Shown here one piece after another: positions 1 to 10,049 of a stretch of DNA of 64,000 nucleotides. The translations under genes were made by a program, and so were the position numbers. The notes under the pieces were generated by a model. That model was not told the DNA's origin. It worked only from the letters and a program-made list of their open reading frames with translations, and ran no database searches. Positions within the stretch are counted from its first letter, which is position 1; every line of letters begins with the position of its first letter. The DNA is taken from assembly GCA_041750285.1 (NCBI GenBank), contig JBGSZS010000018.1, positions 231,745-295,744 on the forward strand, in the 5' to 3' direction. Source of the stretch: Candidatus Fermentibacteraceae bacterium. Its GTDB lineage: Bacteria; Fermentibacterota; Fermentibacteria; Fermentibacterales; JCC-6.

Positions 1-1435
1 CAAGCAGGTCCATCTTCAGAAGACCGATGAACTCAACCCCGTCCTTGTCGAACTGTGTCACCTCCAGTCCGCCAGTGCACCCCTGAAGAGGTATCCTGGA
101 GGCAGCCGAGCCGTTGCAGAGCACCAGCCCGCACGGGTGGGGGCCGATCCCTGCGGGAAGCCCCTTCAGAAGCCCGGCGTTCTCCAGTATCGAGCCGTTG
201 GTACCCCTGCGCCATACCGGTTCAGAAGGGTTCCCGGCAGCCCGGGCCAGAACCTCGACTTCGTCGGGGCCAAGACCCGACGCCGTGGCACTGAACCTGA
301 CAGCGGACCGGGAGCGGTAGCTTCCAATGGCGGAGACCGCCGCGGCCCGTCCGCCCCAGCGGTTCATCAGCCAGCCGAACACCTCGTCCCTCCTTGTGCT
401 GTCGATGTCGAGATCTATGTCGGGCGGTCTGCTGCGGAGCGGATTGAAGAACCTGGGGAAGGATAGGCCAAAGCGGACGGGGCACACGGCGGACAGCCCA
501 AGAAGCCTCGCCACGAGGCTTCCGCCCGCCGAACCCCTTGCAACGGCGAGTATCTCTTTCTCACGGCAGTAAGTGATGATCTCGTGAAAGGCCAGGAAAT
601 ACCCGCAGAGGTTTGCGCCGGCCAGATCCGTGAACTCCTGGTCAAGCCTCGCCGATGCCGCCCCGGAACCGCGATAAAGGTCAGCCAGCCGGGCGAGCAG
701 TATCCCCCGCAGCCTCTCCGGATCATCGGGGCCCATGACGGGGGGATCGTAGGGCCTTTCCCGGGGCTCGCAAGCGGCTTCCTCGAGAAGAGCTTCGTTG
801 GCCCTGACCGCCTCACGCGGCCATTCACCACCTTCAGGAAGCATCCTGAGGTGATCGGGCATCACATCGTGGCCAACCCATGGTTCGTCGAGGAGGAGAT
901 CGACCTTCCTGAGCATGCGGTGGACAAGCTTCGAATCAGCGCCTGCGAACATGCAGGGAGACGCCGCGACGGGCAGAACGCCCCCGGAAAGGTTGGGAGA
1001 CGTCTCACCGGGGAGCACAGGATGGTAGATTCGGCCGCGAAAGCCCTCTGCCCTGAGCTTTGCGGCGCCCTCGAACCCGGTTGAGACAAAGGCGAACAGC
1101 CTGTCGGAATCTCCGATCGCCTGCTCGGGCGGAACCCTGCCGGGAAGATGGGTCGAGGTGATCAGACGGCAGAGCTGTCCCCAGCCTCCCTCAAGTGCTC
1201 CCGTGACAAGCATGCCCCCCGGGAGTGTGACATGGGCTCCGGGAATCACCTTCAACCCTAGCCTGCCACAGGCCAGGACCATCCTGTGAAGACCGTACAC
1301 ACCCCCAAGGTCCGCCATCATGACGCCCTGAAACCCCGCTCTGTAAGCCGCTTCAGCGAGGGTTTCCGGGGTGTCGGTGCCGTACCTGAAACTGAACGCA
1401 CTCTTCACCCACAAAAGGCACCCGGGAATCGCCAT
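1..1435 (-). CDS. dnaE2: Error-prone DNA polymerase (DnaE2/ImuC-like) N-terminal part. The gene continues beyond the window start.
   Basis: Hand translation of the minus strand from the ATG at 1435..1433 gives MAIPGCLLWVKSAFSFRYGTDTPETLAEAAYRAGFQGVMMADLGGVYGLHRMVLACGRLGLKVIPGAHVTL...LCRLITS...ARGSAGGSLVARLLGLSAVCPVRFGLSFPRFFNPLRSRPPDIDLDID. This matches a C-family Pol III alpha PHP domain plus start of the palm. The degenerate PHP (SAFSF, no HxH) resembles the DnaE2 class (ELHCLSNFSF...LCRLITRGRR). It is absent from the ORF track because it runs off the edge. Confidence 0.7.
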   Translation of the reverse strand, partial: MAIPGCLLWVKSAFSFRYGTDTPETLAEAAYRAGFQGVMMADLGGVYGLHRMVLACGRLGLKVIPGAHVTLPGGMLVTGALEGGWGQLCRLITSTHLPGRVPPEQAIGDSDRLFAFVSTGFEGAAKLRAEGFRGRIYHPVLPGETSPNLSGGVLPVAASPCMFAGADSKLVHRMLRKVDLLLDEPWVGHDVMPDHLRMLPEGGEWPREAVRANEALLEEAACEPRERPYDPPVMGPDDPERLRGILLARLADLYRGSGAASARLDQEFTDLAGANLCGYFLAFHEIITYCREKEILAVARGSAGGSLVARLLGLSAVCPVRFGLSFPRFFNPLRSRPPDIDLDIDSTRRDEVFGWLMNRWGGRAAAVSAIGSYRSRSAVRFSATASGLGPDEVEVLARAAGNPSEPVWRRGTNGSILENAGLLKGLPAGIGPHPCGLVLCNGSAASRIPLQGCTGGLEVTQFDKDGVEFIGLLKMDLL

Positions 1436-1670
1436 TCCCGATTATAGCAATCGGGGGACACGCAATCTGGGGACACGGTACTTGATGGAAGGCATTCAAC
1501 AAAGCACGACAGTGAACGGACACGGCATGAGTGACCATAGTCAAAGAGATGCAGCACATGGTCTTACAATGGGAGTGCGCCGTCAGTGAATACGGGCAGG
1601 CAACGGAAAAGACCGAATGATCCAGGATATTGGCATCGTTTCACCCGGGATTGGCATCGTGTCCCCCGAA

Positions 1671-2147
1671 TTACCTGCACTCCTCCATGCGGTAAAAGGG
1701 GATGGGTGTGCCGTCGGCCGTTCGGAGGATGCCTGAACCGGTGACGGCGAAGCCGCAGCTCTGGTAGGCGCGGATGGCACGGAGATTGGACATTCGCACG
1801 GTGAGGCGGACATGGTCGATACCCATTATGAACCTTGCCTCGCGGGTTGCCAGATCGATGGCCCTCCGTCCGATCCCGTGACCCAGAAGTGTGGGGTCGC
1901 CGATGATGATGCCAAGGGTTCCCTCGACGGAATTCCAGCGGCGGCGTTCCACCCACACGCCGCCAACATCCCGGCCGTCGGCGGTTATGATGAACCAGAC
2001 GTATTCGTCACCCCAGCCCGAGAGGTCGGAACCGTTGAACGACTGGGGGCTCACCTTCTCCATGTATTCATGGGAGCCGATGGCGTCGCTCCAGGCCTGG
2101 AGATTGCCAAGATCCCTTTCGGTGATCCGTCGGATGAAGACCTTCAT
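1671..2147 (-). CDS. GNAT family N-acetyltransferase
   Basis: 158 aa with an acetyl-CoA binding motif region (LLGHGIGRRAIDLATREA). ATG at 2147 and TAA stop at 1671. Confidence 0.75.
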   Translation of the reverse strand: MKVFIRRITERDLGNLQAWSDAIGSHEYMEKVSPQSFNGSDLSGWGDEYVWFIITADGRDVGGVWVERRRWNSVEGTLGIIIGDPTLLGHGIGRRAIDLATREARFIMGIDHVRLTVRMSNLRAIRAYQSCGFAVTGSGILRTADGTPIPFYRMEECR

Positions 2148-2287
2148 GACACCCCGATGCGTTTTGTTTACCCGCGGGTAACCTCGAAATTTGGCCGTAA
2201 CATACGGACGCCTCCGGTTTTGTCAACCAAGGCTTGAACACCCGGCCGGTATCATGGTAGATTCCTTCGAGAGAGAGGGGGAGGTGT

Positions 2288-3052
2288 TTGGCCGGATCAT
2301 CGGACAAGGGACACTGGGACAGGTTCTGGAGCAGACCAAGGCGCCTGGAAGAGATTTACGACAACGACGACAGGATCTGCCGTGAAGCGACCCGCCGATT
2401 CCCAGTCAGGGGTCTTCGCACCCTCGAGGTGGGAGCCGCAACCGCCCGCGACAGCGCTTCACTGGCGAAGAACGGCGCAGTGGCCGTGGCGCTCGACTAC
2501 TCGCACAAAGCGCTCGCCAGGGCCTCCGAAGCCGGGGGCGGGGTCATGCTGGTGTGCGGAGATGCCGAGGCCCTGCCGTTCCGTGACGGTGCGTTCGACC
2601 TCGTCTTTCACCAGGGGGTCATGGAACACTTCAGAGACCCCGAACCCATGACCCGCGAGTGCACAAGGGTCACCGCCCCGGGAGGGGTCCTTCTCGTCGA
2701 CGTTCCCCAGACACTCCACCCCTACACCATCCTGAAGAAGGCACTCATGGCATTGGGGATCTGGTTCGCGGGATGGGAGACCCAGTACACCGTCAGAAGG
2801 CTCAGGGGGTTCCTCGAACGCCACGGTCTCGTTCCTGAAAGCGCTTACGCCCGTTACTTCGCCCCTTCCCTCGCCTACAGGCTGCTCAGGGAAGTCCTGC
2901 TGCGCCTGGGAGCACGAATGCCGCTTCGTCCGGTGCTGATCCCTCCCGTGCACCGGTTGAGGAGCAGGGTTCGGTCATCGGTCGAGAACAGCGCTCTGGG
3001 GCTTCTGACCGGCTGCGTGATCGGGGTTTTCGCCAGAAAGCCACGGGCTTGA
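2288..3052 (+). CDS. Class I SAM-dependent methyltransferase
   Basis: TTG start preceded by GGGGGAGG. SAM-binding motif LEVGAATARDSASLA and a DAEALPFRDGAFDLVF motif II. Confidence 0.7.
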   Translation: MAGSSDKGHWDRFWSRPRRLEEIYDNDDRICREATRRFPVRGLRTLEVGAATARDSASLAKNGAVAVALDYSHKALARASEAGGGVMLVCGDAEALPFRDGAFDLVFHQGVMEHFRDPEPMTRECTRVTAPGGVLLVDVPQTLHPYTILKKALMALGIWFAGWETQYTVRRLRGFLERHGLVPESAYARYFAPSLAYRLLREVLLRLGARMPLRPVLIPPVHRLRSRVRSSVENSALGLLTGCVIGVFARKPRA

Positions 3053-4155
3053 GGATACTCGCCCTTAACTGGCGCGATCCGCTGAACCCCGAAGCGGGAG
3101 GCGCGGAGATCCACCTCCACCAGGTACTGAAGCGCGCTGTCGCCGCAGGGCACAGCGTTCTGCAGGTCTCGCACGAGGTGCAGGGCCTTGCCCCGATCCA
3201 GGGAATAGACGGGGTGGAGGTCCACAGAAAGGGACGCTGGTACTCCTACAACCTCACGGTCCGGAGCTACTGCGAGAAACTGGGGCTCTCCTCCTTCGAC
3301 CTCATCGTGGAGGACATCTGCAAGGTGCCGGTTTTCTCGCCCCGGTGGTCCCGGACACCTGTGCTGGCAGTGGTTCCCCACCTTTTCGGAACAACGGCCT
3401 ACCGCGAGGTGGGTCCGCTGAAAGCGCTTTACGTGAACGCTCTTGAAAGCATGATCCCCCGGGTCTACAGGGGCTGCACCTTCGTGGCCATAAGCGGGAG
3501 CACGAAGCGAGACCTTGTGAGAAGGGGGGTTCCCGGGGAAAGGGTGCTTGTCATACCGTGCGGGATGGACACCGGAACCTACAGCCCAGACCCCGGAGTG
3601 CCAGTCTCGCACGGGGTGTTCCTGTACCTGGGGCGGCTCAGGAAGTACAAGGGCGTTCAGCACGCCATAAGGGCGATCTCCATCCTCAGGGACAGGGGAG
3701 TAGCCGCAAGTTTGACTGTTGTTGGCGACGGCGAATACGCGGGAGAGCTGAAAAACCTTGCAAAGAGGTTCGGTCTTGGGGATTCCGTCACGTTCACGGG
3801 CTTCGTACCAATATCGGAGGCTCTCCACTGGCTCAGAACCTGCTATGCAGCGGTGTTCCCCTCCGAGAAGGAGGGGTGGGGGCTAACCGTCATCGAGGCC
3901 AACTGCTGCGGAGCCCCGGTGATAGCCAGCCGTTCCGACGGCCTTACCGACTCGGTGCGCGACGGTGAAACGGGCGTTCTTGTACCCCACGGCGATCCGG
4001 CCGCACTGGCGAATGCAATGCAGGACCTGCTGGAAAACCCTGAGAAAAGGGCAAGTCTCTCTGCTGGAGGGCTCGAATGGGGGAGGTCGTTCCACTGGGA
4101 CCGCACCGGGGCGGACATGATCAGGGTCATGGAGGCCGCTGTCAGCGGCCGGTGA
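3049..4155 (+). CDS. Glycosyltransferase family 4 (GT-B fold)
   Basis: EX7E-type motif EGWGLTVIEANCCGAPVIASRSDGLTDSVRDGETG. TTG start overlapping the methyltransferase stop. Confidence 0.8.
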   Translation: MRILALNWRDPLNPEAGGAEIHLHQVLKRAVAAGHSVLQVSHEVQGLAPIQGIDGVEVHRKGRWYSYNLTVRSYCEKLGLSSFDLIVEDICKVPVFSPRWSRTPVLAVVPHLFGTTAYREVGPLKALYVNALESMIPRVYRGCTFVAISGSTKRDLVRRGVPGERVLVIPCGMDTGTYSPDPGVPVSHGVFLYLGRLRKYKGVQHAIRAISILRDRGVAASLTVVGDGEYAGELKNLAKRFGLGDSVTFTGFVPISEALHWLRTCYAAVFPSEKEGWGLTVIEANCCGAPVIASRSDGLTDSVRDGETGVLVPHGDPAALANAMQDLLENPEKRASLSAGGLEWGRSFHWDRTGADMIRVMEAAVSGR

Positions 4156-4884
4156 GAAGCCTTTCCGCAAGGAATGGCGGCAGACCGCACCTGCGGATCT
4201 CCTTCGCGGTGGTGTCAACCGGATAGGAAACCCTGAATCCCTCTGCCGTCAGGGTTTCGGTGTCCACCACCATGAACGACGCTGCAGGGTTGCCGTCTCG
4301 TGGCTGACCGACGCTGCCGCAGTTCACAAGGGTGTACTTTCGAAGGTCGACGGAGCCGGGAGTGGTCCGGATGGCCCCGTGCCCCCATGCGCAGGGGCGG
4401 TGGGTGTGGCCGAAGAACCATGTCTCGCCGGGGGTTTCCAGAAGGACCTCCCGGGCACTCGCCGCCCCAAGTATGTACTCCCACGATCCCGGAGCAACGG
4501 GATTTGCGTGACAGAATCCCATCTCTTCCCTGACGAGGGTCAGGGGAAGACCGGCAAGCCACCGGGTTTCGGCTTCGCCGAGCTGCGTGTTCGTCCATAA
4601 AATGGCTGCGGCTCCCCACACGTTGAACCTCGAAAGCGGAAGGAGCCCCGCGCAGCCGTGGTCATGATTGCCGGCAACCACCCCGTCGCACGACTCCCGC
4701 ACAAGGGCGATGCACTGGGATGGCCATGGTCCGTAACCCGTTATGTCGCCGAGGCATATCGTGCTGTCGCAGCAGGTCCCGGCCGGGTGCTCGAGAACCT
4801 TCTCCAGCGCGGGCAGGTTGCCGTGTATGTCACTGACTATCCGAAGCCTCAGTGCCCTTCCCCCCGTCCTTCACGAGTACCCTG
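4142..4884 (-). CDS. Calcineurin-like metallophosphoesterase
   Basis: ORF-track portion 4142..4702 plus an upstream extension that I translated (RIVSDIHGNLPALEKVLEHPAGTCCDSTICLGDITGYGPWP). Motifs are D-x-H, GD, GNHD and GHTH. The start is uncertain (GTG at 4884 or nearby) and overlaps the nusB 3' end. Confidence 0.6.
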
Positions 4885-5255
4885 TGAAGCACGCCGTTCA
4901 CGAAGGCGCCCGCTCCGGGCTGGTCGAACTCCTCGGCGATGCGGACCGACTCCCTGATTACCACCGGAGCCGGAGTGCCCACGTAAAGGGCCTCAGCAAC
5001 AGCCTGTTCAAGCAAGAGCCTCGTCACGAGCGACAGCCTGTCCAGCGACCAGTTCGACAGCGCCGCCCCGATCTGACGCGAGATATCCGAGCTGTGCTTC
5101 ACAGAGGCCTCGGCTATGCTTCTGATCCAGGTTCTGGTCTCGTTGTCGAACAGACCGCTGAAGCCCAGATCGTCGAGATTGCCGGACACCGTGGCGCCAT
5201 TGAGGCTGGCGGCGTACCGGCTTTGAAGAAGGAACTTGCGTGCCCTCGAGCGCAT
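4830..5255 (-). CDS. nusB: Transcription antitermination factor NusB
   Basis: The internal start MRSRARKFLLQSRYAASLNG... is a typical NusB N-terminus. It lies downstream of ribH, as in many bacteria. Confidence 0.8.
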   Translation of the reverse strand: MRSRARKFLLQSRYAASLNGATVSGNLDDLGFSGLFDNETRTWIRSIAEASVKHSSDISRQIGAALSNWSLDRLSLVTRLLLEQAVAEALYVGTPAPVVIRESVRIAEEFDQPGAGAFVNGVLHRVLVKDGGKGTEASDSQ

Positions 5256-5262
5256 CCCCACG

Positions 5263-5787
5263 TTATCGGCCCGCCGGTTCTTCCATCGTGTCCTCCCCTG
5301 ATTCGTCAAGGTCGGAGAAACCGTAGACCTGACGGTAGAGGTTGACCATCTCAAGGGCGGTGAGCGCCGCGTCGAAGCCCCTGTTCCCGCTCTTCGCACC
5401 TGCCCTGTCTACGGCCTGTTCAACGGTGTCCGCCGTAACGATGCCGTAGGCTACGGGGATCTTCGCGTCCATTCCCGCCTTTGCGACTCCCTTGGCGCTC
5501 TCCGCCGCCACGAAATCGAAGTGGGGGGTTTCACCCCGTATCACCGCGCCAAGGCAGATGACCATGTCGAAACCGCCCGAATCTGCTAGCCTTGCGGCCA
5601 TTGCCGGTATCTCCCATGCGCCGGGAACCATGAAGACGTCCATGTCACCGTCTTGAACGCCGTGGCGAAGAAGGCAGTCGGTGGCGCCTTCGAGAAGCTT
5701 CGAGGTGATGAATCCGTTGAATCTCGAGACTACGAGGGCCGCCTTCAGACCCTCACCGTCGAGTTGTCCCTCATGAATCCATGCCAT
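5263..5787 (-). CDS. ribH: 6,7-dimethyl-8-ribityllumazine synthase
   Basis: 174 aa with the lumazine synthase signature [19 protein letters not shown]...[12 protein letters not shown]. Confidence 0.9.
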   Translation of the reverse strand: MAWIHEGQLDGEGLKAALVVSRFNGFITSKLLEGATDCLLRHGVQDGDMDVFMVPGAWEIPAMAARLADSGGFDMVICLGAVIRGETPHFDFVAAESAKGVAKAGMDAKIPVAYGIVTADTVEQAVDRAGAKSGNRGFDAALTALEMVNLYRQVYGFSDLDESGEDTMEEPAGR

Positions 5788-7003
5788 CTTCGCAGACTCC
5801 CTTCAGAATGTGGCCCATCTTGTTCTTCTTCGTGGCAAGGTAAAACCTGTTGTCGTCGGTGGGGCAGATCTCGAGGCCCACCCTCTCCGTAACGTTCAGA
5901 CCGTATCCGGAAAGCCCGACTATCTTCTTGGGGTTGTTGGTGAGAAGCCTGATGCTCGTGAGCCCCAGGCGGACGAGTATCTGCGCTCCCGTGCCGTATT
6001 CGCGGAGGTCGGGGGCGAATCCCAGTTTCTCGTTGGCCTCCACCGTATCGAGGCCGTGGTCCTGAAGGTGGTAGGCCCTGATCTTGTTGGCGAGCCCTAT
6101 GCCCCTGCCCTCCTGGGCCATGTAGAGAACCACGCCCAGTCCCTCTTCCGAAATTCGCTTCATGGCGCCGTGAAGCTGTGAGCCGCAGTCACACCGCCTG
6201 CTCTGAAAGACGTCTCCCGTGAGGCACTGTGAATGTACCCTCACCAGTACGTTTTCTGCGCCCCTCACCTCACCCTTCACAAGGGCAACATGGGTCGCGC
6301 CGTCCACAAGGCTCCGGAACACCATCATGCGGAACTCGCCGAACTCCGTCGGAAGGACGGCCTGGGCCTGAAGCTCGACGAGCACCTCGGTCCTGCGCCG
6401 GTGGTTCACGAGTTCGGCAACGGAGGTGATTATGAGCCCGTGTTTCTCACCGAATTCCCTCAGTTGGGGAAGGCGGGCCATGGTGCCGTCGTCGTTCATT
6501 ATCTCACAGATGACCCCGGCGGGGAAAAGCCCGGCAAGCCTTGTGAGATCCACAGCGGCCTCGGTGTGCCCTACACGTGTAAGGACGCCGCCTTCGCGGG
6601 CCGCCAGGGGAAAGATGTGGCCGGGCCGGGCCAGGTCCTCGGGGCGTGAGGCGGGGTCGATGGCAACGGAGATCGTCCGGGCCCTGTCCGCCGCGCTTAT
6701 GCCCGTCGAGACCCCCGAAACGGCATCGATGCTCACGGTGAAGGCCGTTTCGTGAAGGGATGTGTTCCGGGGGCACATGTCCCTGAGATCAAGCCTCTCC
6801 AGTGCCGCCTTCTCCATCGCAAGGCAGACCAGACCCCTGGCGTGCCTGGCCATGAAGTTTACAGCGGCCGTGCCGCAGTGTTCGGCGGCCACCAGAAGGT
6901 CTCCCTCGTTCTCCCTGTTCTCGTCGTCCACAACGATGACCATGCCGCCGCGACGCAGAACCTCAAGGGTTTCCGGAACGGTGGCGAATTCAGCCTTGTT
7001 CAA
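5771..7003 (-). CDS. ribBA: Bifunctional 3,4-dihydroxy-2-butanone-4-phosphate synthase / GTP cyclohydrolase II
   Basis: 410 aa. The N-terminal DHBP synthase region ([13 protein letters not shown]) and C-terminal GTP cyclohydrolase II region (CDCGSQL, RGIGL) are both present. Confidence 0.9.
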   Translation of the reverse strand: MNKAEFATVPETLEVLRRGGMVIVVDDENRENEGDLLVAAEHCGTAAVNFMARHARGLVCLAMEKAALERLDLRDMCPRNTSLHETAFTVSIDAVSGVSTGISAADRARTISVAIDPASRPEDLARPGHIFPLAAREGGVLTRVGHTEAAVDLTRLAGLFPAGVICEIMNDDGTMARLPQLREFGEKHGLIITSVAELVNHRRRTEVLVELQAQAVLPTEFGEFRMMVFRSLVDGATHVALVKGEVRGAENVLVRVHSQCLTGDVFQSRRCDCGSQLHGAMKRISEEGLGVVLYMAQEGRGIGLANKIRAYHLQDHGLDTVEANEKLGFAPDLREYGTGAQILVRLGLTSIRLLTNNPKKIVGLSGYGLNVTERVGLEICPTDDNRFYLATKKNKMGHILKGVCEDGMDS

Positions 7004-7598
7004 TCTTGCGCCTCAATCCGTGCTGTTTTTCGAGGCAATCCATGCCCCTTTGTACGTATTTTCCGATGATGTCGAACTCCAGGTTCACCTGCGTTCCGGG
7101 TTTCCAGTGGGCGGCTCCCGTCCGTGAAAGTGTTTCGGGAATGACGGCAACCGTGAAGCCCGCCCCGGGGACGAGGCCGGCCACCGTGAGGCTGATCCCC
7201 GAAACTGCCACGGAACCCTTCTCCACAAGCAAACCGTGCCACTCACCGGGGCAGGTGATCCTGACCGTGGCGAACCCGTCCTGGTTGCGAACGGCGCCCA
7301 CCGTCCCGGTGCAGTCGACGTGTCCGGTGACGAGATGGCCGTGAAGCCTGCCATCCAGCCTCAGGGGCCGTTCGAGGTTCACGGGAGCGCCCGCCCTGAA
7401 AGGCACCGTTCTTCGAAGTGTTTCGGGGCTTACCCTGAAAGACACCCTTTTGCCGGACACCTTCTCCACCGAGAGGCAGGAGCCGTCAACGGCTAGGCTC
7501 TCTCCCGGGAGAAGCCCCGGCGCGAGAGCAGTTTCCAGCACCAGGAGGCTCCCTGCGGAAACCACCCTGCCCAAGTCCTCAATCAGCCCTGTAAACAA
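6990..7598 (-). CDS. ribE: Riboflavin synthase alpha subunit
   Basis: The TTG start yields the canonical [11 protein letters not shown]-terminus, preceded by GGAGGG. Two lumazine-binding repeats are present. I chose an internal start rather than the longer track ORF. Confidence 0.85.
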   Translation of the reverse strand: MFTGLIEDLGRVVSAGSLLVLETALAPGLLPGESLAVDGSCLSVEKVSGKRVSFRVSPETLRRTVPFRAGAPVNLERPLRLDGRLHGHLVTGHVDCTGTVGAVRNQDGFATVRITCPGEWHGLLVEKGSVAVSGISLTVAGLVPGAGFTVAVIPETLSRTGAAHWKPGTQVNLEFDIIGKYVQRGMDCLEKQHGLRRKIEQG

Positions 7599-8610
7599 GC
7601 CTGCCCTCCACGAGTACATCTCCGTCAAGAGCTTCCACCACGGGGTCTTCGAGCGTCAGGGCGCTGCCAACGTCGGTCACCCAGAGGTCGTGAAAAACCG
7701 GCACCCCGCTCCCTCCCAGAAGCTTGGGTGCAGTGAACACGCTCAGCCGGTCCACCAGACCCTCATTGACAAGGGCAGTCGCGAGACGGGGCCCACCCTC
7801 GCAGAGAACGAGTCCGATACCCATCGAAAGAGTGCGTGACAAAAGCTTCTCGAGCGAGCTGAATCTGATGACCTCTCCAGGAGGGTCCCAAGGGCACCCA
7901 TCCTGAACGGCCGTGATGGTTCGCGCCCCGTCTGAGTATACGTTCAGTTCCTGTGGAAGGGGGCTTCCGGCGACTATTATGCGAACCGGCAGGGGACCCT
8001 GCCGACCCGTCGAAAGGGTCGGATTGTCGCGCAGGGCGGTTCCGGCTCCCACCATCACGGCGTGGGCGGATTCCCGCATCGCTCTCACCCTCTCCCGGGC
8101 CGCGGCGCCGGTGATCCAGCGGCTGCTGCCGTCGGATGCCGCCGCCCTGCCGTCGAGTGAGACCGCCATCTTCAGATGAAGAAAGCTCCTGTGAGAATTC
8201 AGGCAGTGGATCCATACACGGTTCAACTCCCGCGCTTCGTTTTCCAGAAGACCGATCTCGACCTCCACCCCGTGCTCACGAAGCAGGGCTGCTCCCCTGC
8301 CGCTGACCCTGGGGTCGGGATCCTCCATGGCTGCCACGACACGCCCTATCCGCGATGCCAGGATGGCTTCCACGCACGGTGGGGTCCTGCCGTGATGAAC
8401 GCATGGCTCGAGCGTTACGACAAGGGTCGACCCCTCGAGGCTGCCGGAGGCCTTCCCGATTGCCGCGGCTTCGGCGTGGGGACCCCCGCAGCAGCTGTGA
8501 TGGGCTTCGGACAGGGTTTTGCCCCGGGGATCGAGGATGACGGCGCCAACCATGGGGTTGGGAAAGACACCGGGCCAGCCGTCGCGGGCCAGGGCAATTG
8601 CCCTGTTCAT
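7579..8610 (-). CDS. ribD: Bifunctional diaminohydroxyphosphoribosylaminopyrimidine deaminase / 5-amino-6-(5-phosphoribosylamino)uracil reductase
   Basis: Starts at the internal MNRAIALARDG. Deaminase motif HAEAAAI...PCVHHGRTPPC and a C-terminal reductase domain. The N-terminal 100 aa of the track ORF is rejected as arginine-rich GC shadow. Confidence 0.85.
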   Translation of the reverse strand: MNRAIALARDGWPGVFPNPMVGAVILDPRGKTLSEAHHSCCGGPHAEAAAIGKASGSLEGSTLVVTLEPCVHHGRTPPCVEAILASRIGRVVAAMEDPDPRVSGRGAALLREHGVEVEIGLLENEARELNRVWIHCLNSHRSFLHLKMAVSLDGRAAASDGSSRWITGAAARERVRAMRESAHAVMVGAGTALRDNPTLSTGRQGPLPVRIIVAGSPLPQELNVYSDGARTITAVQDGCPWDPPGEVIRFSSLEKLLSRTLSMGIGLVLCEGGPRLATALVNEGLVDRLSVFTAPKLLGGSGVPVFHDLWVTDVGSALTLEDPVVEALDGDVLVEGRLVYRAD

Positions 8611-8636
8611 GGCTGCGAGTTCGGCTGCCCGCCGGT

Positions 8637-10049
8637 TCACTCCGTGATCTCCCTTACACTGAGCCTTCCGATGACCGCGTTTATGGTGTACTGATCCTCG
8701 AGGCTGCCCATTGCGAGAATGATGTGCGTGGCGTCGGCCAGCAGCATGCCGAACGTCGGGTCCATCGGAACCCAGCGCCCCACCCAGACGGTCGGCCACG
8801 CGTGATATCCGAACCTGCCCTCGTCGATGTAGACTATTCCATTGCAGACGGCCGAGGGTATCCCCGCCGCCCTCGCAAGGGCCACGAAAAGCGCCGTATG
8901 CTCGTTGCAATCGCCCCTCATCGCGTCCAGAACATCAACAGCTGAAGGCAGTGAAACGGTGGGCACGTCCTCGACGGCCATGTCCACGAAGCGGCAGATG
9001 GCCGAGGCGGCCTCCCACGAATCCGTGCAGCCCCGGGTGAGGCTGTCCGCCAGCGCCACGATCGCCGGGTCGTCGGACTGAAGCAGGGGCTCGGCGGCCA
9101 GATGGGCAAGAAGGCTGTCGGGTACCTCAGTCATGGGAAAGGGCGGTGTCTCCTCAGGGGATGGCAGCACGGCAGAGACATGCACGACCGGGCCGGCGGC
9201 TGAGGTCTGGAGCCCGGGGTAGTCGAGGTCGAACATGTTCCACTCGATGTCGCCCTCGAGAAGCCAGGTGCGCTCGCCGCCCGACCTGGGGTCGGTTACG
9301 ACCGTGGAGGCAACCGAATAGAGCATGTAGAGATCGTTTCCCGGGTCGATTTCGGCGCTGGTGCCGGGCGGAACCCTTGTGAGTATCATGCCCAGTCCCT
9401 GCTCCTCCTCGCGTATGATCTGACCCTCGTGCACCCAGACCATGTTCCTCATCCCGGCCTGGCTGATCTCCAGACGGAACGCCGGGACCGTGTCGCCCAG
9501 AAGGTCCATGTCTTCCGTGGCCTGACAGGTGACGGTCGCTTCAAGGATCGTTCCGGTCGACGGGTCGAATGTCTGGTAGACCCTCTCCTCGCCGGGTGAC
9601 CACTGCATGCCGGCGGCTGCCAGGTCCATGAAGGCCGGGAGGTAGTCGCCCTCGAACTCCACGCTGCGGGATATCTCCCGTCCCGAAGTGTTTATCGTGG
9701 TCTCGACGGCGCCTTCGCGCCTTACGGCGTTCACGCTTATCTCGCTGGTGCCGTCGCTCATCACCATGGAAAGGGTTCCGAGGTCGTAATCGGTGCCTGT
9801 TCTGGCACTGGAGGTCATGGTCACACGGCGCTCGGTCCCCAGAAGCACTATGACCCATTCCATGTCCTGTTCGACAAGAAGCGAATCGGCGCCCATCTGC
9901 CCGACGGACATGGTCATGTAGCCGACGCTCTGGCCCTGCAGGCTCACCGCGAACCTCTGCAGGTCCGCGGAGGCAAAGGTGGCCCTGGGCACGGGAGCGC
10001 CGCATGCACAGAGAACCAGCAATGACAGGAGAACACAGAGAGCGATCAT
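8637..10049 (-). CDS. Transglutaminase-like secreted/lipoprotein
   Basis: Internal start MIALCVLLSLLVLCACGAP (signal peptide). Transglutaminase core GDCNEHTALFVALARAAGIP...GYHAWPTVWV...MDPT (Cys-His-Asp). The ATGA overlap with the wecB stop supports this start. Confidence 0.7.
   Translation of the reverse strand: MIALCVLLSLLVLCACGAPVPRATFASADLQRFAVSLQGQSVGYMTMSVGQMGADSLLVEQDMEWVIVLLGTERRVTMTSSARTGTDYDLGTLSMVMSDGTSEISVNAVRREGAVETTINTSGREISRSVEFEGDYLPAFMDLAAAGMQWSPGEERVYQTFDPSTGTILEATVTCQATEDMDLLGDTVPAFRLEISQAGMRNMVWVHEGQIIREEEQGLGMILTRVPPGTSAEIDPGNDLYMLYSVASTVVTDPRSGGERTWLLEGDIEWNMFDLDYPGLQTSAAGPVVHVSAVLPSPEETPPFPMTEVPDSLLAHLAAEPLLQSDDPAIVALADSLTRGCTDSWEAASAICRFVDMAVEDVPTVSLPSAVDVLDAMRGDCNEHTALFVALARAAGIPSAVCNGIVYIDEGRFGYHAWPTVWVGRWVPMDPTFGMLLADATHIILAMGSLEDQYTINAVIGRLSVREITE

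Noticed and set aside
584-1084. 166-aa plus-strand ORF and other small ORFs in 1..1430
   Set aside because: They lie opposite to or out of frame with the DnaE2-like polymerase reading frame.
2875-3828. 317-aa minus-strand ORF inside the GT4 gene
   Set aside because: Antisense shadow. The GT4 motifs are on the plus strand.
8611-8636. Possible FMN riboswitch ahead of ribD
   Set aside because: Only 26 nt of intergenic space and no RFN consensus. I list the absence as a finding instead.
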